Below are positions 38,415 to 50,999 of a stretch of DNA of 64,000 nucleotides, piece by piece. This DNA comes from Mobula hypostoma. Its lineage: Eukaryota. The stretch lies in NCBI RefSeq assembly GCF_963921235.1, contig NC_086097.1:215452001-215516000 (forward strand), given 5' to 3'. The notes below the pieces were generated by a model. That model was not told the DNA's origin and searched no databases. It saw nothing but the letters and a program-made list of their open reading frames with translations. Positions within the stretch are counted from its first letter, which is position 1, and every line of letters begins with the position of its first letter. The translations under genes were made by a program, and so were the position numbers.

Positions 38415-39560
38415 AACCTCACCCCTTTCGAGGTACTTTCCTCCTTGCAATCACAGGAGATGTAACACCTAGACATTTATCCATTCACACTGCCCGGATC
38501 CGAACAGTCTTTCCAGCTGTAGATGAAATTCATTTGCACTCTTCTACTCTAGTGTGCAGAATTTGGTGCTCATGGTGAGATCTCCACTGAAGATCAGGGC
38601 CAGTCAGGTTTATTGTCACTAACAAATAAGAAGTGTGTTGTTTTGTGCCCATAGTACTGAGGTACATAAAAGATATAGTAAGAAATATTGTAAATGATAA
38701 TAATAAATAAAAAAAATAAAATAAGCAGGTCAAAAAGAAAGCAAAATCCCTCTGTTCAGTCCCTGAGGGAGACTTTTGATTTCTAGTTGTCTTTCTATTT
38801 ATTTCTCCATCCCTTTCCCATTCTGTCCTCTCTCCCTGTTCCTTCACTATTCCAATGAAGTCTTTATCCTTCATTTAGGCATACTGCAGCCGTCAGGACT
38901 CAGTGCTGTTGAATTTCATCCATACTGAATTCAACAGCCTCAGATAATTTACTTTCTTGTTTGTGTCATAATGACTGAAAGCCATTAAACTATAATAATA
39001 ACTCCTCACAGACCATGAGGAGTTGGGTGTTTCCAGCATCTTTGTTTACTTCAGATTTCCAAACGTACTGTGCATTGCAGATTCTCTGTATTTTTTTCCT
39101 CTTTCATTCATCAGCCTTTACTTACACTCCACAATGATTAGAAAGCATTCATCACCCTCTCTTAGTGAATTTGTGCCATCTGGACAGTCATGGTTTCCAT
39201 CCTATTTCAGATATTCCCTTAGTTCCCTCCACTATGCTTCTCTATCTTGTGCAAATTAACCATACACTTTTTTCCCCCATTTTTCCAGTTTTGATGAATG
39301 TCAACAATCTGAAACAATCACTCCATTTCCCTCTATACAGTTGCTGCCTGGGCTGATCAGTATGCCCAACATTTCACCTTTTCATTTCAGATATCTTGCA
39401 TCTGCAATTTTTGCTTTCCCGTAAATCAGGACAGGTTTAAATCATAGTCTCAATCTGAAATGTTAAGGATTCCTTTGCCTCCACGGATGCTGCATGAGCC
39501 GTCGAGTTCCTCCAGCTGTTTGTTTTTTGCAGCAACTTCCAGCATCGGCAGCCTCTCTTG
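38415..39560 (+). mobile_element. Degenerate Penelope-like element (GIY-YIG region plus pLTR remnants), interrupted
   Basis: Frameshifted GTF..CNHRRCNT..GSEQSFQL..FIC..LVCRIWCS (38430-38575), HLGILQPSGL..EFNSLR* (~38872-38947), and pLTR-like ends GATGCTGCATGAGCCGTCGAGTTCCTCCAGC (~39485-39550). Confidence 0.6.
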
Positions 39561-39862
39561 ATCTTTACCATGATCCTTTGCTTTGTGGCTCCAAGAGCCA
39601 ATTGATTACCCTTGCTATCACTAGCCCTTTCACTGGATAAAATACAGCTTTTCTAACATGCCATTTATGTGGCATTAATCAAGCGTCTTCTGAAAATCCA
39701 CATTTATAATATATGACATATTATCTTCATAATCCATCTACTACATCAATGAGTAGTCACAGTTTTAAGCACATGCGCCCTACACAAACTACTTAAGGCA
39801 AAAAGAAGTACCTGTATCCCCTGGAAACTTCAAAATCTCAAAATATAAGGGAGAATACTTTC

Positions 39863-40830
39863 AAAGCAACACACACAAAATGCTGGAGGAACTCAGCATG
39901 TCAGGCAGCATCTATGGAGATGAATAAACCCTTCATCAGGAATGGAAAGGAAGGGGGAAGACACCAGAATAAAACGAGTTTGGAGTTGGAGGACCAGAAT
40001 ACAACGAGTTTGGAGTTGGAGGACCAGAATACAACGAGTGTGGAGTTGGAGGAGGACCAGAATACAACGAGTGTGAAGTTGGAGGAGGACCAGAATACAA
40101 CGAGTGTGGAGTTGGAGGAGGACCAGCATACAACGAGTGTGAAGTTGGCAGAGGACCAGAATAAAACGAGTGTGGAGTTGGAGCAGGACCAGAATAAAAT
40201 GAGTGTGGAGTTGGAGGAGGACCAGAATACAACGAGTGTGGAGTTGGAGGAGGACCAGAATACAACGAGTTTGGAGCTGGAAGAGGACAAGCTGGAATGT
40301 GATAGGTGAAGCCAGGTGGGTGGGAAAGATAAAGGCCTGGAGAAGAGGGAACCTTATAGGAGAGGAGAGTGGATTACGGGAGAAAGGGAAGAAGGGGCAC
40401 CAGTGGCAGGTGAGGAGAAGAGGTAAACAGCCAGAGAGGGGAGTAGAAGAAGAGGGGAACAGGAGGAGAAATTAATTACTGGAAGGAGAGATCGATATTC
40501 ATGACGTCAGGTTGGAAGCTACTTAGTAGTATGAGATTGTTCCTCCACCCGAAGAGTAGCCTCATTGTGGCAAAACAGGAGGCAATGAACTGACATGTCA
40601 GAATGGGAAAGGGGGTCTGAATTAAAATGGCTGATCATTGGGAAATTCTGCTTTTGGCAGATGCAGCGGAGGTGCTCAACAAAGCGGTCCCCCAGTTTAC
40701 ATCGGGTCTCACTATAATAAAACAGGCTCCATCAGAATCACTGGATACAATATATGACCCCAACAGATTCACTGGTGAAGTGTTGCCTCACCAGGAGGGA
40801 CTGCTTGGGGCCCTGTATTGTGGTGGTGAA
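39863..40830 (-). mobile_element. Penelope-like element 3' part: GIY-YIG endonuclease remnant plus pLTR
   Basis: Reverse strand TTIQGPKQSLLVRQHFTSESVGVIYCIQ*F*WSLFYYSETRCKLGDRFVEHLR..SHFNS..HSDMSV..LQPDVMNID. pLTR has CCTGATGAAGGG and GATGCTGCCTGAC..GAGTTCCTCCAGCATTTTGTGTGTGTTGC. Confidence 0.88.
39962..40285. repeat. Minisatellite: 10 units (2 x 30 bp, 8 x 33 bp), consensus GACCAGAATACAACGAGTGTGGAGTTGGAGGAG
   Basis: Directly visible tandem repeat; gives DQNTTSVELEE repeats in the ORF track. Confidence 0.97.
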
Positions 40831-42914
40831 TGGACAGCTGTACCATTTCCTTTGGCTTGTAGGAACTTGGAAATACATACCTGCTCCATCATGGCTGGTA
40901 GTGCTTTCATCATAGGAAATGCAGCAGTTCAAGAAGCTATTATTCTAACTTTCTCAAACATGGTCAGGACGGGGGCTAATGGTGGCCTTGTGAACAGCTG
41001 CAGTATGTCCTACATCTGAACAGAAAGGATGTTGAATGCTCCTTGCATGTTTAACTAAAGTTATTGACAGTACCTAATCCAAATTTTTATTCGGTCTATA
41101 AAATTAAGTTGGGTCATCGCTAAGTCTTTGTTGATATCAAGTGAATGCACCCTATCTTTAAGCCTGTGTCTTAAGCTGGTGGCTAATCTTGAAGTTCTCC
41201 TCGAAGTTTTATTCAAGATTTAGCATGAGGGAATCACCGCAGTAAATGATAGAATTTAAGCACACGAACCAAGGACCTGCGAAGATTAGATGCACTGATT
41301 TATGCCAAATAGACAGTAATATTCTATCAATACAAGATAATACCTTTTATGCTCCCGGACATGTGTAATTCCTTCCTTACGTTTCACCACCAACTCTAGG
41401 ATACTCATCAAAATTAGCTTTTTAAGCAAGCTCGTCATCACTCAACCTAATAACAAGCTAAATTTGACTTGCACAATTTTTTTCATGATATTTGCATGAA
41501 GTGATGGATCACTTTCCACTAAAGATGTGGATATTTTAAATGTGGCTTCTTCGGACAGGTCATGAACCTTGAGTGTACAATAACATGTTGAAATGTTGCA
41601 CTCTGCCTTTTCTCACAGTGCAGTACTGGTCAGTGTAAAATGTCAATACATTCTGTGGTGTTCTCAATGCTTGCACCATTCTGTATCTGTCTAGGTAAAA
41701 CACTTTGTTATCGTTTGCCAAAAATTTGCAGTACATTTAAACCTTATTGCAGATTCTATTTAGTTTCACATTTCACACAAAGATTTGTACCATCTACAAA
41801 TTTTCTAACTGTCCAGTAGAAAACATCGAATAGATTGTTCAATAAAAGAGTGAAATGTTTTGAGATTTTTTTTTCAGTAACACAGCTATGTTGGATACAA
41901 ATGCCCCACTGGCACTGCATGAAAGTTTCACTCCCACTCCTTTAGAAGCAAAAGCAAACGGTCATTCTGTATTTCATAACCTCATTACACTGACGGCCAT
42001 CAGCCATCCATAGAACACTGACTTGCTTGATTGACTGAAAGGGTAGCCAGAATTCGTAACGTGATAGCTGGGTGTTCATCAAACAATTCCAACCACTTCA
42101 TTGTGCTCTCCTAAGAAACTCATACCTTGTTAAATCCTCTCCAGCCAAGCTGTCTGTTCTCTTGCAGCGATAGTATTTTCTTTGAGCAATATACTCCATG
42201 GTAACTTGGATGCTAAATTTTTCAGCTTCCAAGCTGCTTCCAGCAATACAATAAAAGTCAAAAAATTGGCTAGTTAATGCCCTTAACTGTAAATTCAGCT
42301 AGTACATGCAATGCTTTTATAGATCTGTTATTTTATTATCCTTTACGAAGAAATTTGTAAGGAGCCTTTGAGGAACAATTGCACAGCTAAAATCAACATT
42401 CCTCAAGTTTGTTTTTTATTAAGGCAAGAGATTTAACACTTAATCAGTCTTTTGCAGCCTTTACTAATGATATTGCTGTTGCTTCTCTATACTACTCAAA
42501 ACTTTTAACTACTTTTTACAACAGGAATGAATGTGTATAAATTACATGACAAAAAGCAAATAGTGTTGCTGGGTATGAAATAAATAGAATGGAAATCAGG
42601 TGGGTTCTATAAAGAGAGGGTGATTCACTTCCCAAATTGCTATCTAGGTGATGAGGAATCAAAACTTCAGCAGTGTGTTTGCACATCAGAAGATGACGCA
42701 CTAAGGTAAAACTTGAACGAAAAGAAGATAAAATTTCTTCCTGACCTTTAAATAGGAATCCAGCAAAGCTAACACCTATTATTCTTCACATCATAATTAA
42801 CCTGCTCTACCGCACAGCTCACAATTTCACCTGACTTTAAGAGGTCATGTGACTGCTAGGTTGCCAGCGGTATCACCAGGAGGCAATGCGGTGCTAACCA
42901 GAGATGCCCTCTCA

Positions 42915-43130
42915 TTACTCCATGACATTATTTGAGAAAAGTATATATATCCTGGTGTCCTGACCAACAGACATCTCTCAGTCAGAGCAGATTGCTTGCT
43001 CATTAGGTTATTGCTATCTGTAAAATGTCCCCTAATGATAGACATGAGATATTATATCATTATGCTGTATATATTATCAAAGCATCTAAACACATCTCAA
43101 CATTGAGCAAGGCGCTATAAAGATGAGCAC
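42915..43130 (+). mobile_element. Ancient Deu-domain SINE remnant (AmnSINE/SacSINE-like)
   Basis: TCCATGACATTATTTGAGAAAAG..CCTGGTGTCCTGACCAAC and the tail AAGGCGCTATAAAGATG resemble the Deu-SINE consensus as I recall it. Confidence 0.5.
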
Positions 43131-43162
43131 GTTTTTAGTTTTTCTCAGGTGACGTACAGTAT

Positions 43163-43490
43163 GAGGGCAGCACAGTGGTGTAACAGTTAACGTAGCACTT
43201 TATAGAGCCAGCGTCCCGAGTCCATCTCAGCCGCTGTCTGTAGAGAGCGTGTACATTCTCGCCGTGACCATGTGGGCTTCCTCCAGGCGTTCCACTTTCT
43301 TCCCATGTACATTCCAAAGCCATGCAGTTAGTAAGTCGTGGGCGTGGTGTGTTGACGCTAGAAACATGATGACACTGGCAGGCTTCCCCCAGAAAATCCT
43401 CGAATATGCTGGTTGCTGACATGAGAAACGCATTTCTCTCTATGTTTCAATGTACATGTAACAAATAAAGCTGATCTTTAATCTTTATCT
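43163..43490 (+). mobile_element. tRNA-derived V-domain SINE (HE1-like)
   Basis: GGGCAGCACAGTGGTGTAACAGTTAACG head, GTGGGCTTCCTCCAGGCGTTCCACTTTCTTCCCA..TTCCAAAG V-domain, tail ACATGTAACAAATAAAGCTGATCTT. Confidence 0.8.
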
Positions 43491-45129
43491 TCCTTATTTC
43501 CTCAGAACCATTTCTGGTACTTATTTTAACTTCTGTCCTTGGGTGTAAATAATAATAGCAAGATTTCATCTATTGTCTCTGTTTGGTAGTTCTAAGATGA
43601 TACAAATGGAGCTTGTCTCCTCCGCTGTCCCTGAGAGGATGATGCTTGTACAATACCATGAGGTAAAAACAATGCAAGATACCAATGAAAGTGCAGTATA
43701 ATTATTATATCCAAGCTAGGAAGGTATGAGATTTGGTCTGGGATCCCCATAAGTACCAAGCTCCTTATGATCACCAAATCACCCTGAAGGAAGGGCAGAG
43801 AAATAATGCTCTGGTCCGTAATTGATCCTAGGTAACTATATTATAAGCAAAGATGAGAGTACTGGGGCGTTTTCAGATTTAAGTAAGGGGGTATTATAAG
43901 GTGACCTACCTATATACAAAAGAACATCCTGAAAATTGTTTCAAACTAAACTTTTACAGTAGGTGATGGGGGAGGGTTGGGATTGGCATTGGGGCAGATT
44001 TAAAATAATGATAAACACTTAATGTTGTTGTCAGGCAATTCTTTGTGCAAAGAGTGATCAATACTTACATAGTAGGTGGTGGAGGCAAAAATTCTGGAAT
44101 CACTTAAAAGAACAGCTTGATATCAGGATGAAGGTGTATAGAAATTTGTCCTTTGTTACTTGCACTAAATGCACACACAGCAGCAAGTTGCATGCTGTAT
44201 TATGCTATTGAAGTCAAAGTCAAAGGAAACATATTTTGAAAGCAAGAGTACAATGTGCAGCCAGTACAATATATAGGCATTTAGTGCAAGCAACTAAGGA
44301 TGAATTTCCACCCTGCTGTGCTTTTCTAGATGGATGAGCTGAGACAGATAAATGGCATTCCCTATCTATCTTTAATATATCCTCCACAATTCCAACAATG
44401 CATTACTCAATAACCATCAGCCAAAATAAATATTAGCTCTCAGCATATTATATCCAAGCGGTCTTCATTCAGGATAAAGGGTTGCTTATTTAACACCGGG
44501 GTGAAGAAATGTTTTCTTTGAGTGAGGCTTGTGATGGTCAGCCATATTTAGGATTGAGATGAGGGTATTTCAGGACACTAAGAGAATCAGGAAATATGTG
44601 GATCAGGAGACAGATGAAAGCAATAATCATTGTTAATGGCAGAGCTATCTCATGGGTCCATATAATTTGCTCCTAATTCCACATTTTGTGTTCTTATGTA
44701 ACCACCCTTTGTCTACTTATAAATAGTGTTAGGCTCTGAAGGAATAGAATCTTCTATGTTTATCATCACCATTCTAGATCCTCAGAGTTTTCAATATTTT
44801 GTTTACCTATCACTGCTGTATTTTACTAGCATAATTATTTTAACTTCTATGACTGTCCTTTTACCATTTGACAATGATAAAATAAGTGATAGAAGAGAAA
44901 GCTGTGACGAGGAGTAGAAAGAAGTCATACATAGGTCAAGTAAGTCTATTAAGTTCCTTATAAGGAAAAATATGAAATTTGGAAAGGAAAAGAAACATCT
45001 AACTGGTGGGTGGTCTGAGCTGTGGAGAGATCAGTTTTCCCTGCTGCAGGCACAACAAATAACTTGGAAACTGAAAACAATGTTATAACTTAGCGTGAAA
45101 GAAACTGAATACAAGTGAAAAAAGGTAGC

Positions 45130-46858
45130 AATTAGTCCTCTGGAAGATCAGAGTGGTAATCCAAAGAGATGGGGGAGATCTTAAATGGATTTTTTACATC
45201 TGTATTTACTGAAGAATTGTCTATACATGTGAGGAAATTCAGCAGCGAGGTCTTGGACCCTATACAGCTTAAGGAAGAGGAGGTGTTTTCTCTCTTGAGG
45301 TAAATTAGGGTGGATAAATCCCCAGGGCCTGACAAGGTACTCCCTCAGACTTTGGGACTCTAGTGCAAAAATTGCAGGGGTATTTAAAACATTCCTAGCA
45401 GAGATATATAGCCACAGGTGAGGGGCTGAAGGATGGGAGGATAGTTAATGTTGTTCTGTTGTTTAACAAAGGCTCTAAGACTAAGCTAGGAAATTATAGG
45501 CCGGTGAACCTAATATCAGTAGTGGAAAAGTTATTGGAAGGTAGTCTAAGGAATTGGACATATAAGTACTTGGATAGACAGGGACTGATTAGGGGTAGTC
45601 ATCATGGATTTGTGCATGGTAGGTCATGTCTAACCAATCTCATAGAATTCTTTGAGGAAGTTACTAGGAAAGTTGATGAAGGCAAAGCAGTGAATGTTAT
45701 CTACATGGACATCAGCAAGACCTTGACAAGGTCCCACTTGGGAGGTTAGTCAAGAAAGTTCTGTCACTTGGCATTCAAGATGAGGTAATAAATTGGATTA
45801 GACGGTAGCTTCATGGAAGAAGCCAGGGGGTGACTCTAAATGGTCACCTCTCTGACCGGAGGCCTGTGACTAGTGGTGTGCCGCAGGGACTGGTGTTGGG
45901 TCCATTGTTGTTTGTCATCTACAGGAATTATCTCGATGATAATATGGTAAACTGGATCAGGAAATTTGCAGATGACACCAGGATTGGAGGAATAGCGAGG
46001 AAGTCTATCAGAGCTTGCAGTAGGGTCGGATCCAGCTGGGAAAATGGGCTGAAAAATGGCAGATGAAATTTAATGCAGACAAGTGTGAGGTGTTGCAATT
46101 CTGGAGGACCAACCAGGGTAGGTTTGACACAGTGACTGGTAGGGTACCGAAGAATGTGGTATATCAGAGGGATCTAGGAATACAGATCCATAATTCCTTG
46201 AAAGTAGCTTAACAGGTAGATAGGGTCATAAAGAAAGCTCTTTGCACATTGTCCTTTCAAAATCAATGTACTGACTACAGGAGATGGGATGTTATGTTGA
46301 AGTCATCTAAGACATTGGTGAGGCCTAATTTGGAGTATTGTCTGCAGTTTTGGTCACCTATCTACAGGAAAGATGAAAGAAAGATTGAAAGCATGCACAG
46401 AACATTTAGAAGGATGTTGCTGGGATTTAAAGACCTGAATTACTGGGAAAGATTGAATAGGTTAGGAACTAATCCCGAGAATGTAGAAGATTGGGGTGGG
46501 GGCAGATATTCAATAGAGGTATACAAAATTATTAGGAGTATAGATAAGGTAAATACAAGCAGAGTTTTTCCACTGAGGCCATGGGTTAAGGGTGAAAATT
46601 GAAATGTTTAAGGGGAGCACGAGGGAAAACTTCTTTACTCAGAAGATCGTGAGAGTGTGGAATGAGCCGCTAGTACAAGTGGTTCTTGAGAGCTTGATTT
46701 GAACATTTAAGAGAAGTTTGGATAGATACAAGTATGGTAGGAGTATGGAGGGCTATGGCCTCATTGCAGGTCGATGGGAGAAGGCAGATTACTGGCTCAG
46801 CATTGACTAGATGGGCTGTAGGGCCTGTTTCTATGATGCTGTGTTCTATGACTCTATG
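45130..46858 (+). mobile_element. Old CR1 LINE, 5'-truncated, degenerate RT
   Basis: GNYRPVNLISVVEKLLE, HHGFVHGRSCLTNLIEFFEEVT, VPQGLVLGPLLF, KFADD, LVRPNLEYCLQFWSP. TCTATGACTCTATG tail. Confidence 0.93.
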
Positions 46859-46859
46859 A

Positions 46860-47675
46860 ATACAAAAACAGAGAGGTTATGCTTCAATTTTTAAGGCAAT
46901 GGTGACACCACCTCTGGAATTTTATGTATTTCATCCTGAAAATTGTGAAGAACTGCACTTTAGGAAGTCATATTCTGGTAGGACAATATACAGTAAATGG
47001 CAAGGACCTCAGGAACACTGATGTACAGAGAGACCTTGGGGTGCAAGTCTGGAAATCTTTGAAGGTGGCCACACAGATGGATAATGCAGTGAAGAGTGGT
47101 ATTTGGAATGCTTGCATTCACAGGCCAAGGCATGGAGTGGAAAAGTTGTTGTAGTAGTACAAAAATAGTGCACAGTTCTGATCACCACAGTACAGGAAGA
47201 ATGTGGTAGAAATGGAAAGGGTTCTGAAAAGATTGTCTAGGATGTTGCTGGCAACGGCAGGCAGTAGTTATATCCGATAGGCTGGGTTTATTTTCATTGA
47301 AATGCAGGAGGCTGAGGGGTGGTCTTACAGGCATTTATCACGGAGGCACAAGCGAGATAGATTTTCTAGGGGAGCCTAGAACTAGAAGGCACAGGTTTAA
47401 CTTGAGATGAGAGAAATTTAAAGCATATCCGAAGGGTTAGATTTTCATATGGGCATCGGTGAAAAAAGGTGGAATAAGCTACCAGAAGATGTGATGATGG
47501 CAGATACATTTACAATGTTTAAAAGGCATTTGGACTGGTACTTGGACAGGAAAGGCAAAGAGAGATATGGACAGTTCTGTTCAATGGGATTAGCGCAAAC
47601 TGGCAGCAGGGTTGGCATAGACAAGGTGGGATGAAAGTGTATGTTTCTGTGCTGTATGATTCGGCAATTCTATGT
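46860..47675 (+). mobile_element. Old CR1 3' fragment(s)
   Basis: YTVNGKDLRNTDVQRDLGVQVWKSLKVATQMDNAVK; WNKLPEDVMMADTFTMFKRHLD; degenerate tail. Confidence 0.85.
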
Positions 47676-47689
47676 TTTTGCTGTTCGAC

Positions 47690-48230
47690 CTTGAGGAAGG
47701 ATGTACTGTAAGTGTGTAGGAAACCTTTGGGACACCATTTACTATTAGGACATCATTTACTAGACCAATACCTAAGATAGATTTCTGAGGGAAGTTTGGA
47801 AAGGTTAGGTGGATACCTGCAGAAGTTTAGAAACTTGTGAGCCACTGTGACTGAAATACATAAAATCTCAAAGGTTCCTGAGGGATGGATTTGGAAAGGA
47901 TGTTTTCCTCTGGGAAAATCCTGAACTTGTTTAAAAATAAAGGGTTTACCAACTTAAATCTAAGGTGAGGCTGATTTTTTCTCTCGCTCAGAGAAATGTG
48001 AACATTGAGAACTCCCTTTCTTAAAGAAACCTTTACTTGGAATAATCTTAAGGCTGAGGAATAAAGATTCTTGAAATGCAAAGGAATGAAAAATTAGTTG
48101 GGTGGTGGGGGGTGGAGGTAAGGAGGGAATGCAAAATTAAGGATATAACCAGAACAAGAAGGCACAGCAGACCCCAGGGGCAAAAAGAGATCTTCTGCTC
48201 CTCATTCGTATGTTTGCCTATTCTTATGTT
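47690..48230 (+). mobile_element. Very old CR1 3' fragment
   Basis: Degenerate TTGAGGAAGGATGTACT.., GAAATACATAAAATCTCAAAGG, GAAAGGATGTTTTCCTC and tail CTGCTCCT..TTCTTATGTT. Confidence 0.55.
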
Positions 48231-49175
48231 AAGTTTTAGCTTATTCTTATGTTAGGTTTTAATAGTGTTTAGCTAGTCAAGATTGTGTTTAAAAAATTCT
48301 TAGCTCTGTGCATTGGCAACTATTGACAATGTTTTATCAATAATAGCAAAGTTCCATTGAGCACAATTGTATTTTCACAGCAAAACTCTGCTAAGGTGTA
48401 TTTGGGTAATATTTCTTTTATGTTGAATTTATATAATTAAAGAATACTGTGAACTACTGATGGGTCATCAAAGGGTTATTTTGCCCTTTGGTAAAACTGC
48501 TGATAATCATCGATAAACTGTAAATAGGATTGAAAGAAATTGGGTATAGAGAGCATCAGATTGTTGAATGATATTGGAACTCACACACTAAATTTGATGC
48601 AAAAACATGCAAGAGTAACTAACTGTGAAGAACCTGCAAAAGACACCCGCACATTGCTTACTGATTTTTGCCATCAGCTTGCTTGCAGCATCAATGATTC
48701 ATTTGTGTCACACTCTCAGGTGTAAAAATAATTGAGCTAGATCATAACACTGCAAAGAAAATAAGCAACATAACTGAAAAATATGACAGAAGTAAACAGA
48801 AACTGATTCTATAACAAAAATTTCAGCAAAAGTTGGAAATGCACCAGGTTAGGCAGCATCTATGGAACAAAACAAATTGGTTTGCTTTAAAATCAGGGAT
48901 TTTACCTGTTCAGATGCATGCTTGCCAGGTGTTGTGAAACACTGGTCATATTGCAATCTTCTTGGATTGCAGCATTTTATAACCATTCCAATGCAAATGT
49001 ATAATTTTATAAGTAATACAAATATATACAGTTTATATACCAAATGCTAACAATGTAAATAGTAAAACTATAAATGTAACTACTACAAATGGATTTAGAA
49101 CTTTCATGAATGTGTAGAAAAATACAGACCACTAGAATGAGATAATAATATAAAAAATGCATTTTATGAAATCCT

Positions 49176-50988
49176 TACATAGAAACATACATAGAAACAT
49201 ACATAGAAAATAGGTGCAGGAGTAGGCCATTCGGCCCTTCGAGCCTGCACCGCCATTTATTATGATCATGGCTGATCATCCAACTCAGAACCCAGCCTTC
49301 CCTCCATACCCCCTGACCCCTGTAGCCACAAGGGCCATATCTAACTTCCTTTTAAACATAGCTAATGAACTGGCCTCAACAGTTTGCTGTGGCAGAGAAT
49401 TCCACAGATTCACCACTCTCTGTGTGAAGAAGTTTTTCCTAACCTCGGTCCTAAAAGGCTTCCCCTCTATCCTCAAACTGTGACCCCTCGTTCTAGACCT
49501 CCCCAACATCGGGAACAATCTTCCTGCATCTAGCCTGTCCAATCCCTTTAGGATCTTATACGTTTCAATCAGATCCCCCCTCAATCTTCTAAATTCCAAC
49601 GAGTACAAGCCCAGTTCATCCAGTCTTTCTTCATATGAAAGACCTGCCATCCCAGGAATCAATCTGGTGAACCTTCTTTGTACTCCCTCTATGGCAAAGA
49701 TGTCTTTCCTCAGATTAGGGGACCAAAACTGCACACAATACTCCAGGTGTGGTCTCACCAAGGCCTTGTACAACTGCAGTAGTACCTCCCTGCTCCTGTA
49801 CTCGAATCCTCCCGCTATAAATGCCAGCATACCGTTCGCCTTTTTCACCGCCTGCTGTACCTGCATGCCCACTTTCAATGACTGGTGTATAATGACACCC
49901 AGGTCTCGTTGCACCTCCCCTTTTCCTAATCGGCCACCATTCAGATAATAATCTGTTTTCCTATTTTTGCCACCAAAGTGGATAACTTCACATTTATCCA
50001 CATTAAATTGCATCTGCCATGAGTTTGCCCACTCACCCAACCTATCCAAGTCACCCTGCATCCTCTTAGCATCCTCCTCACTGCTAACACTGCCACCCAG
50101 CTTCGTGTCATCCGCAAACTTGGAGATGCTGCATTTAATTCCCTCATCCAAGTCATTAATATATATTGTAAACAACTGGGGTCCCAGCACTGAGCCTTGC
50201 GGTACCCCACTAGTCACCGCCTGCCATTCTGAAAAGGTCCCGTTTATTCCCACTCTTTGCTTCCTGTCTGCTAACCAATTCTCCACCCACACCAATACCT
50301 TACCCCCAATACCGTGTGCTTTAAGTTTGCACACTAATCTCCTATGTGGGACCTTGTCAAAAGCCTTTTGAAAATCCAAATATACCACATCCACTGGTTC
50401 TCCCCTATCCACTCTACTAGTTACATCCTCAAAAAATTCTATGAGATTCGTCAGACATGATTTTCCTTTCACAAATCCATGCTGACTTTGTCCGATGATT
50501 TCACCGCTTTCCAAATGTGCTGTTATCACATCCTTGATAACTGACTCCAGCAGTTTCCCCACCACCGACGTTAGGCTAACCGGCCTATAATTCCCCGGTT
50601 TCTCTCTCCCTCCTTTTTTAAAAAGTGGGGTTACATTAGCCACCCTCCAATCCTCAGGAACTAGTCCAGAATCTAACGAGTTTTGAAAAATTATCACTAA
50701 TGCATCCACTATTTCTTGGGCCACTTCCTTAAGCATTCTGGGATGCAGACCATCTGGCCCTGGGGATTTATCTGCCTTCAATCCCTTCAATTTACCTAAC
50801 ACCACTTCCCTACTAACATGTATTTCGCTCAGTTCCTCCATCTCACTGGACCCTCTGTCCCTTACTATTTCTGGAAGATTATTTATGTCCTCCTTAGTGA
50901 AGACAGAACCAAAGTAATTATTCAATTGGTCTGCCATGTCCTTGCTCCCCATAATCAATTCACCTGTTTCTGTTTGCAGGGGACCTAC
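49176..50988 (-). mobile_element. Young CR1 LINE, 5'-truncated, uninterrupted RT frame
   Basis: 557-aa ORF 49285..50958 with all RT motifs intact, 3' UTR hairpin, (TTTCTATGTATG)n tail, TAC shared at both junctions. Confidence 0.96.
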
Positions 50989-50999
50989 GTTCTGGTATC

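Noticed and set aside
39893..40309. Repeat-protein gene or CRISPR-like array
   Set aside because: Units are directly adjacent with no unique spacers and lie inside a decayed PLE. Open frames follow from the unit length being a multiple of 3.
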